DNA from: Synechococcus sp.
GTDB lineage: Bacteria; Cyanobacteriota; Cyanobacteriia; PCC-6307; Cyanobiaceae
Reading direction: 5' to 3'
Length of the DNA stretch: 64,000 bases
Assembly: GCA_047285805.1 (NCBI GenBank)
Contig: JBJBCN010000002.1
Location: 32,001 to 96,000 of the forward strand
The stretch's first letter is position 1, and each line of letters starts with the position of its first letter. The notes below the pieces were generated by a model that ran no database searches, was not told the DNA's origin, and saw only the letters and a program-made list of their open reading frames with translations. Shown here in pieces: positions 57,466 to 64,000 of this stretch. The position numbers and the translations under genes are program-made.

Positions 57466-59052
57466 ATGACGAAGGTTCTGGTATCCGATCCCATCGATCA
57501 AACAGGGATCGACATCCTGTCCCAGGTGGCTGAGGTGGATGTGCGAACGGGCCTGCCACCGGAAGAGCTGAAGTCGATCATTGGCGACTACGACGCCTTG
57601 ATGATTCGCTCCGGCACCACGGTGACCGCCGACATCATCGAGGCGGCCTCCAATCTGCGGATCATTGGCCGGGCTGGCGTCGGCGTCGACAATGTGGATG
57701 TGCCGGCGGCCACCAAGCGCGGCGTGATTGTCGTGAATTCCCCCGAGGGGAACACGATTGCGGCGGCTGAGCATGCCTTGGCCTTGATGCTGTCGCTCTC
57801 CCGGCACGTGCCCCACGCCCATGGCAGCACCATGGCTGGCGGCTGGGACCGGAAGAAATATGTGGGCAACGAGCTCTACAAGAAAAAGCTCGGTGTGGTC
57901 GGCCTGGGCAAGATCGGCTCCCACGTCGCCCGGGTTGCCAAGGCGATGGGCATGGACGTGATGGCCTACGACCCCTTCGTCTCGGCTGAGCGGGCCCAAC
58001 AGATTCAGGTGCGTCTCCAGGAGCTCCCTGCCCTATTCGCCGAGGCCGACTACGTCAGCCTTCACCTGCCCCGCACACCGGACACCGAAAACCTTGTGAA
58101 TGCGGATCTGCTGAGCACCATGAAGCCCACCGCGCGGATCGTGAACTGCGCCCGCGGCGGAATCATCGATGAAGCGGCCCTGGCCGAGGCGGTCGAGAAC
58201 GGCGTCATCGCCGGTGCGGCCCTGGACGTCTACGCCAAGGAGCCCCTCGCCGCTGACAGCCTCCTGCGCAAGGTCAGCGAGCGCCTGATCTTGACCCCCC
58301 ACCTGGGTGCGTCCACCGAAGAGGCCCAAGAAAACGTCGCGGTTGACGTGGCGGAGCAGATCCGCGACGTCCTGCTTGGTCTTCCCGCCCGCAGCGCCGT
58401 GAACATCCCCGGCCTGAACGCCGAGGTGATGGAGCGCCTGAAGCCCCACCTGCAGCTAGCCGAGATCCTGGGACAACTGGTCAGCCAGCTGGCCGGCGGT
58501 CAGATCAGCGAGCTCGAGGTGCGTCTGCAGGGCGAATTCGCTAACCACCCCGCCCAGCCCCTGGTGATTGCCTCCCAGAAGGGCCTGCTCTCCACCGCCC
58601 TGGGCGATTCGATCAACTTCGTGAACGCCGGCCTCGAAGCCAAGGACCGCGGCATCCACGTCGTGGAGGTCAAAGATGACGCGGCACGTGACTTCGCCGG
58701 TGGTTCGCTGCAGCTCACCGCCAAGGGCGCCAACGGCACCCACGTGGTGACCGGTGCCGTCTTCGCAGACGGCGAGCTCCGGGTGACCACCATTGACGAG
58801 TTCCCCGTCAGCGTGACCCCGAGCAAGCACATGCTCTTCACCCGTCACCGCGACATGCCCGGGATCATTGGACACATCGGCTCGGTCCTCGGCGAGCACA
58901 ACGTCAACATCGCTTCGATGCAGGTGGGCCGCCGCATCGTTCGCGGTGATGCCGTGATGGTCCTCAGCCTCGATGACCCGCTGCCCGCTGATCTTCTGGC
59001 TGGCATTCATGCCATTGAGGGCATTCAGCAGGCTCACCCCGTCACCCTCTGA
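57466..59052 (+). CDS. serA: D-3-phosphoglycerate dehydrogenase
   Basis: GRAGVGVDNVD, GLGKIG, NCARGG, TPHLGASTEEAQ, C-terminal ACT domain. Confidence 0.97.
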   Translation: MTKVLVSDPIDQTGIDILSQVAEVDVRTGLPPEELKSIIGDYDALMIRSGTTVTADIIEAASNLRIIGRAGVGVDNVDVPAATKRGVIVVNSPEGNTIAAAEHALALMLSLSRHVPHAHGSTMAGGWDRKKYVGNELYKKKLGVVGLGKIGSHVARVAKAMGMDVMAYDPFVSAERAQQIQVRLQELPALFAEADYVSLHLPRTPDTENLVNADLLSTMKPTARIVNCARGGIIDEAALAEAVENGVIAGAALDVYAKEPLAADSLLRKVSERLILTPHLGASTEEAQENVAVDVAEQIRDVLLGLPARSAVNIPGLNAEVMERLKPHLQLAEILGQLVSQLAGGQISELEVRLQGEFANHPAQPLVIASQKGLLSTALGDSINFVNAGLEAKDRGIHVVEVKDDAARDFAGGSLQLTAKGANGTHVVTGAVFADGELRVTTIDEFPVSVTPSKHMLFTRHRDMPGIIGHIGSVLGEHNVNIASMQVGRRIVRGDAVMVLSLDDPLPADLLAGIHAIEGIQQAHPVTL

Positions 59053-59057
59053 TTTCG

Positions 59058-59969
59058 ATGGCCCTGGCTTGGTGGCGGCTTGAGCTGCTTGCGCTTCCAG
59101 AACTCGAGGAATCGCTCATCTGGAAGCTCAATACCCTCGGGATTCCCCGGGTGGCGGTGCGGTACAGCCCCGAGCAGCCTCAGGATCCGAAGCTGGTGGC
59201 CTGGTTGCCGGCCTCCGATTGGCCGGAGAGTGAACGCCAGCAGCTCGAGCAGGCCCTCGAGCCCCTGGCGGACACCTTTGCGTTGACCCTGCCGACCATC
59301 CATTGGTTCGAGCAGGACGATGAGGACTGGAGCCTGAGCTGGAAGCAGCACTGGGAACCCGATCCGGTTGGCCAGCGCCTCTTGATCCTTCCCGCCTGGC
59401 TGGAGCTGCCGCCCGAGCACGCGGAACGTCATCTGATTCGGATGGACCCCGGTAGTGCCTTTGGCACCGGGAGCCATCCCACGACCCGGCTCTGCCTTGA
59501 GGCGATCGAACAGCTGTCAGACGAGCGTGGCGGCAGCCTGGGCCCCATTCGCGTGGCCGATCTGGGCTGCGGCACCGGGATTTTGGGCATCGCCGCCCTG
59601 CTCGAAGGCGCCAGCAGCGTGGCGGCCGCCGATACGGACTCCCTCGCGGTCCGCGCCACCCGAGACAATGCCGTGGTCAGCGGCTTCGCGGAGCAGTTCC
59701 AGGTGGATCTGGGCTCGATTGAACGCCTGGCCGAGCTGCTCGAGGGCCGCCCGGCGGACCTGCTGCTCTGCAACATCCTGGCCCCGGTGATTGAGGCCCT
59801 CTGTCCTGCCTTTGACACCGTCCTGGCTCCAGGCGGTTTCGGCCTCCTCAGTGGCCTGCTGGTCAGTCAGGCCACGCGCCTGCAGGAGGTCCTCGCGGAG
59901 CAGGGCTGGAGTGCGGAACTCACCGCTCAGCAGAGCCAGTGGGGCTTGATGACCATCAGGCGCTCCTGA
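59058..59969 (+). CDS. prmA: Ribosomal protein L11 methyltransferase
   Basis: DW...WK, DPGSAFGTGSHPTT, DLGCGTGIL, NIL, SG. Confidence 0.95.
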   Translation: MALAWWRLELLALPELEESLIWKLNTLGIPRVAVRYSPEQPQDPKLVAWLPASDWPESERQQLEQALEPLADTFALTLPTIHWFEQDDEDWSLSWKQHWEPDPVGQRLLILPAWLELPPEHAERHLIRMDPGSAFGTGSHPTTRLCLEAIEQLSDERGGSLGPIRVADLGCGTGILGIAALLEGASSVAAADTDSLAVRATRDNAVVSGFAEQFQVDLGSIERLAELLEGRPADLLLCNILAPVIEALCPAFDTVLAPGGFGLLSGLLVSQATRLQEVLAEQGWSAELTAQQSQWGLMTIRRS

Positions 59970-60147
59970 CAAAATACAAAACAGTGGCTTGTTGTATAAG
60001 TCACGCTGATGTGTGCCCGAGGTTCCTATTGGCCTTCGCCTTGGGATCCCCTCGAAAGCCCAGCAACTGCCCTTGTCGGATGTAGGAAGGGTCCGTCCTA
60101 CAGGGCCTGGGTGTTTTGTCCAGGAGCCTGTGAGCCCCATTCCTTTC

Positions 60148-60447
60148 ATGGCTTCCTACAAGGTCACCCTCATCAGCGAGGCAGAGGGCCTCAACAAGAC
60201 CATCGAGGTTCCTGACGACCAGTACATCCTCGACGCCGCTGAAGAGCAGGGCATCGATCTCCCCTACTCCTGCCGTGCTGGTGCTTGCAGCACCTGCGCC
60301 GGCAAGATCACCGCTGGGACCGTTGACCAGTCCGATCAGAGCTTCCTAGACGACGACCAGATCGAAGCAGGTTTCGTTCTGACCTGCGTCGCTTATCCCA
60401 CCAGCGACTGCACCATCAAGACCCACGCCGAAGAAGAGCTGTACTGA
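60148..60447 (+). CDS. petF: Plant-type [2Fe-2S] ferredoxin
   Basis: MASYKVTL...CRAGACSTC...LTCVAYP...EEELY. Confidence 0.98.
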   Translation: MASYKVTLISEAEGLNKTIEVPDDQYILDAAEEQGIDLPYSCRAGACSTCAGKITAGTVDQSDQSFLDDDQIEAGFVLTCVAYPTSDCTIKTHAEEELY

Positions 60448-60496
60448 GCTCGACACTGGGCGTGCCCCTTTACGCCCCGTCTCTTTGTGCTTCCTG

Positions 60497-60527
60497 AACC
60501 ACCCCTCGGGGTGGTTTTTTTGTTTTG
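60497..60527 (+). terminator. Rho-independent terminator of petF
   Basis: AACCACCCC-TC-GGGGTGGTT followed by TTTTT. Confidence 0.8.
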
Positions 60528-60543
60528 AGTCCCCGCTGCCCTC

Positions 60544-60930
60544 GTGACTGCCTCAACCCCTCCTCAGGTTCAAGAGGTCTATGCACCAGGTAGTGAGCAC
60601 ACCAGCCCCGGTGCGCAGTACAGCTTTCGTGTGATTGGTCCCTGTTGCCGTCTGTTCGATCGGGAAGAACTGCCGTGGCCCTGTTGCCGGCTCTCTTGGC
60701 GCAGCAAGGAACCAAGCTGGCGCCGTGTCGGTAAGCGCTTTGTTCCCGATCTAGCCGCCCGCCGTTGCCCCTCCTATGCGGTCGAGCTGCTGCAGCCTGG
60801 CTCCAGGCCCACTCAGACGGTGCTCACGCTCTTCTCCCAGCGTTTGAGTGGCCCGCTCCAGGAGTGGTGGTATAGCAAGCAGCCGGCATCCTGCGATCCC
60901 AGCAATGGCCTGCCGCCGGCTGCCGGCTGA
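60544..60930 (+). CDS. Cys/Trp-rich hypothetical protein
   Basis: GPCCRL...WPCCRL...RRCPSY...EWWY; bounded by terminators. Confidence 0.6.
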   Translation: MTASTPPQVQEVYAPGSEHTSPGAQYSFRVIGPCCRLFDREELPWPCCRLSWRSKEPSWRRVGKRFVPDLAARRCPSYAVELLQPGSRPTQTVLTLFSQRLSGPLQEWWYSKQPASCDPSNGLPPAAG

Positions 60931-60941
60931 GTCCAGGCCAC

Positions 60942-60971
60942 AAAAAAGCCCCGCCTGTGAGGCGGGGCTTT
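60942..60971. terminator. Bidirectional terminator (psbV / hypothetical)
   Basis: AAAAAAGCCCCGCCT-GTG-AGGCGGGGCTTT. Confidence 0.85.
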
Positions 60972-60995
60972 GAGGTAAGGGGCGTTGAAGCGGGA

Positions 60996-61505
60996 TCAGA
61001 AGTAGATCTTGCCGCCGCCCCACTGGGGACCCAGCACTTTCGGTGCGGTCAGAATGAAGCCGGCCATCAGGCGCAGGTCTTCATCGTTCATGTTGCGCAT
61101 CTGCACGAAGACGTCGCTGCTGCGGATGCTGGGGTGCACGTCAGCAATGCTGTACTCGCCGTCGTAGCTGGTGGGGTCCTTCATGTAGTCCACCAGGCCC
61201 TCGACGTTGTCGCGGGCCGGGCTGGCCAGGGCGAGGGTCTCGGGGTCCAGGCCAACGTTGTGGTTGGTCTTTGTGATGCCGCCGGCGTGGCAGACGCCGC
61301 AGCTGTTGTTGAAGGTCTTGCGACCGGCGTTGATTTCCTGCTCGCTGAAGGTCACCGAGGTGCCAGCGGGATCGGCTGGAACGGTGAGCTGCTCAGTGGT
61401 CCACTGGGCGGCCTGGGCAGGGCCGGCAAGACCCACCAGCAGAGCCAGGGGCAGAAGCATCAGCCGGGCCAGGGACCGGAGTGCAGAGGAGAAAACAGAG
61501 GCCAT
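60996..61505 (-). CDS. psbV: Photosystem II cytochrome c550
   Basis: Signal peptide, CGVCH heme motif, GITKTN, PTSYDG, WGGGKIYF. Confidence 0.96.
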   Translation of the reverse strand: MASVFSSALRSLARLMLLPLALLVGLAGPAQAAQWTTEQLTVPADPAGTSVTFSEQEINAGRKTFNNSCGVCHAGGITKTNHNVGLDPETLALASPARDNVEGLVDYMKDPTSYDGEYSIADVHPSIRSSDVFVQMRNMNDEDLRLMAGFILTAPKVLGPQWGGGKIYF

Positions 61506-61611
61506 CGAAAAAGCCGGCAACGTGGCGTTTAAAAAGCGCCTGAATCCTTGTATCACGGCCACTGGGCCCACTGCTTGGCCAGGCCCAAGGCACTAACGAA
61601 CTGTTGCAGGC

Positions 61612-62562
61612 CTAGGTCTCTGGCGCGGCCACCTCAAGGGTCAGGAAATCCTTGGCCAGAACCGTGTTCGGAAAGATCGCCTGGGCCTCGGCCAGCAGGT
61701 CGTCCGGCGTGACCGAGTTGCCGGGGGCATAGCGCGGGCTGAGGTGAGTCAAAGCCAGTTGCTTGACCCCCGCCGCCAGAGCGGTTTGGGCGGCCATCGT
61801 GCTGGTGGAGTGTTGCTTGGCGAAAGCCATCTCGGACTCCGCATGGGCAAAGGTGCTCTCGTGGATCAGCAGGTCTGCTCCGGCGGCGAGCGTCACTGCC
61901 GCCTCGCTGAAGACGGTGTCCGTGCAGTAGACGACGCTGCAGCCCGGACGCTCGGGGCCGCAGAGGGACGCTCCATTGATGATCCGGCCGTCCTCCAAGC
62001 TGACGCTGCGGCCGGCCTTCAGCTCGGCGTAGATCGGTCCGGGTGGGATGCCGAGAGCTTTGGCCTGCTCCACATCGAAATGACCTGGGCGGGGTTTTTG
62101 GTCCACCCGGTAGGCAAAGGCGGGCACTCTGTGGGTCAGGGCGGTGCAGCGCACCGTGATGTCGTCGTCATCCAACAAGACGGCGCCGCTGCGGGCGGCC
62201 TCCTTCACCCGGTGGCTGCGCAGGGGATACCCAATGCGCATGGAGGACGTGCGCATGACCCCCTCGAGGTAGTCCCGCAAAGGATCCGGCCCGTAGAGGT
62301 CGATGCCGCTACAGGTGCCGGCCAGCCCCAAGCTGGCTAGGAGCCCCGGTAGGCCAAAGGTGTGGTCGCCGTGCATGTGGGTGATGAACACCCGGCGCAG
62401 CTGGCTCACCCGCAGCTCACTGCGCAGGAATTGGTGCTGCGTTCCCTCGCCGCAATCAAACAGCCAGAGCTCCGCCCGCTGCGGGAGCCGCAGGGCCACC
62501 GCCGACACGTTGCGGGCTCGTGTTGGGACTCCGGAGCTGGTGCCGAGGAAGGTGACCTGCAC
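61612..62562 (-). CDS. rnz: Ribonuclease Z
   Basis: [24 protein letters not shown] exosite, HEST, HST, HLSPRY. Confidence 0.96.
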   Translation of the reverse strand: MQVTFLGTSSGVPTRARNVSAVALRLPQRAELWLFDCGEGTQHQFLRSELRVSQLRRVFITHMHGDHTFGLPGLLASLGLAGTCSGIDLYGPDPLRDYLEGVMRTSSMRIGYPLRSHRVKEAARSGAVLLDDDDITVRCTALTHRVPAFAYRVDQKPRPGHFDVEQAKALGIPPGPIYAELKAGRSVSLEDGRIINGASLCGPERPGCSVVYCTDTVFSEAAVTLAAGADLLIHESTFAHAESEMAFAKQHSTSTMAAQTALAAGVKQLALTHLSPRYAPGNSVTPDDLLAEAQAIFPNTVLAKDFLTLEVAAPET

Positions 62563-62665
62563 GGCCGGTGTTCTCCCCGGTCTCTCTGGTTTGATCGTCC
62601 CACGGCGGGGCTGGCAGGGCCCGTTCAGGCTCGTCACAATGACCTGCCCGTTCTCCCTGGGGTTG

Positions 62666-63967
62666 ATGCTGCCGCGCACTCCTCTCCGAGCCATCGCCTG
62701 GGTCGCTGGGATCTGTGCTGCCTTGGCAGTGGCGCCCCTGCAGGCGGCGGAGCCTTGGTTGCGGGTGCTCGTCCTGGAGGCCCCCAGCCTGCTCTTGCGG
62801 GCGGCTGCGCCCTCGGGCGGCCTTCGCGTTTTCGATGGGCGGGGTCAGCAGCTGGGGTTGGAGCCCCCCGGGGCTGAATTGCGCTTCGAGGCCCAGTGGC
62901 AAGAGAAGGAGTTGTGGTTTGAGGCGGTCCCCAGGGGATCCGACTCAGACCCTGGGCTCTGGCTCGGCCAGCGTCGCTACCGCGGCCGCCTGCAGCTGCG
63001 GCGTCAGGGGGCGCAGCTTCAGGTGGTCAATCACGTGCCCGTGGAGACATATCTCCCAAGCGTGGTGGGCAGCGAAATGCCCGCGAGCTGGCCCGATGCG
63101 GCCTTGAAGGCCCAGGCGGTGGCGGCCCGTACCTATGCCCTCAAGGCTCGCAAGCCCGCCTCGGCCTTTGATCTGAAGGCCACCGTGGCCAGCCAGGTCT
63201 ACAAGGGGGTGGAGACGGAGACCGCCAGCACCTGGGGAGCGGTCCAGCAGACCCGGGGACTGGTGCTGACCTTCAACGATGCCCTTATTGATGCGGTCTT
63301 CCACAGCAGCAGTGGGGGAGCGACCGAAAGCAGCGGTGACCTCTGGACCCGCCAGATGCCCTATCTCGTCAGTGTCCCGGACTTTGACCACGCCTCTCCG
63401 GTGCATCAGTGGAGCAAGCCCCTCGATGGGCCGCTGTTGCTGCGGGCGTTCCCTGAGCTCAACCAGGTTCTAGCGATTGAGGTGCTCTCCAGAACGGCCA
63501 CTGGCCGGGTCCGTGAGGCGCGCGTGCTTGGGGCTGGCGGTCGGCGGGTCCTGCTCAGCGGTGCCCAGCTGCGCAGTCGCCTGGGACTGCGCAGCACCTG
63601 GGTCCGCTTTGCGTTGGCCCCCACCAAGACCTCCAGCGTTGAGCCCTTCGGACTGACGGACAGCCATGCCCCCCTGGGCTGGCCGCCGCCGCCGCCGCCC
63701 TTGCCGGCCTTCTCCCTGCCCCAGGCCCGGCCGCTTCCGGGCGCGGCCGTGCAGCTGGTGGCCGTGGGCCGCGGCTATGGCCATGGCATCGGCATGAGTC
63801 AATGGGGGGCGCTGGCGCTCGCGCAGCGGGGCGAGAGTTTCGACGCGATCCTGCGCCATTACTACCGAGGCGTTCAGCTCGAGTTCTACGGGGCCCTGGC
63901 ACAACGGACCCGGCCTCAGCCAGGCTCAAGGCCGGAGGCATGGCAGGCGATGGCCCCCCGGTTGTGA
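62666..63967 (+). CDS. SpoIID/LytB domain lytic transglycosylase
   Basis: Signal peptide, [14 protein letters not shown]...[36 protein letters not shown]. Confidence 0.92.
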   Translation: MLPRTPLRAIAWVAGICAALAVAPLQAAEPWLRVLVLEAPSLLLRAAAPSGGLRVFDGRGQQLGLEPPGAELRFEAQWQEKELWFEAVPRGSDSDPGLWLGQRRYRGRLQLRRQGAQLQVVNHVPVETYLPSVVGSEMPASWPDAALKAQAVAARTYALKARKPASAFDLKATVASQVYKGVETETASTWGAVQQTRGLVLTFNDALIDAVFHSSSGGATESSGDLWTRQMPYLVSVPDFDHASPVHQWSKPLDGPLLLRAFPELNQVLAIEVLSRTATGRVREARVLGAGGRRVLLSGAQLRSRLGLRSTWVRFALAPTKTSSVEPFGLTDSHAPLGWPPPPPPLPAFSLPQARPLPGAAVQLVAVGRGYGHGIGMSQWGALALAQRGESFDAILRHYYRGVQLEFYGALAQRTRPQPGSRPEAWQAMAPRL

Positions 63968-64000
63968 GACCCCAGCTAATCAACCTGACGCTGGCTGCCG

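Overview
High-GC chromosomal segment from a picocyanobacterium of the Synechococcus/Cyanobium group. The assignment rests on the hyperconserved PSHCP gene between tRNA-Trp and tRNA-Asp, psbV, petF, cyAbrB, a PSII S4-domain gene and DUF3721. Most of the window is core genome (cysS, polA, gltX, rplS, map, hemL, glcD, xth, hisIE, murD, serA, prmA, petF, psbV, rnz, three tRNAs). I saw no integrase, transposase, prophage or CRISPR array. The most interesting part is a ~13 kb metal-homeostasis cluster (27.2-40.4 kb). It holds larC, fur, a cobalamin-riboswitch-controlled hupE/ureJ, a His-rich COG0523 GTPase, and a Zur box. Downstream of the box lie znuA, an unnamed His/acidic-loop putative outer-membrane beta-barrel, znuC, an antisense zur and znuB, followed by a DUF318/TIGR03943/periplasmic-protein operon. 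Other items of note are an oxoprolinase-GGT-TRAP block, a hook-less Mre11/Rad50-like pair, a GNAT + Nif11-cupin operon, a Cys-substituted sigma factor, a DUF1643 protein with UDG-like motifs beside polA, a small ORF split by an in-frame TAG, and an uncalled 46-aa membrane microprotein. Family assignments come from motif recognition only; no searches were run.
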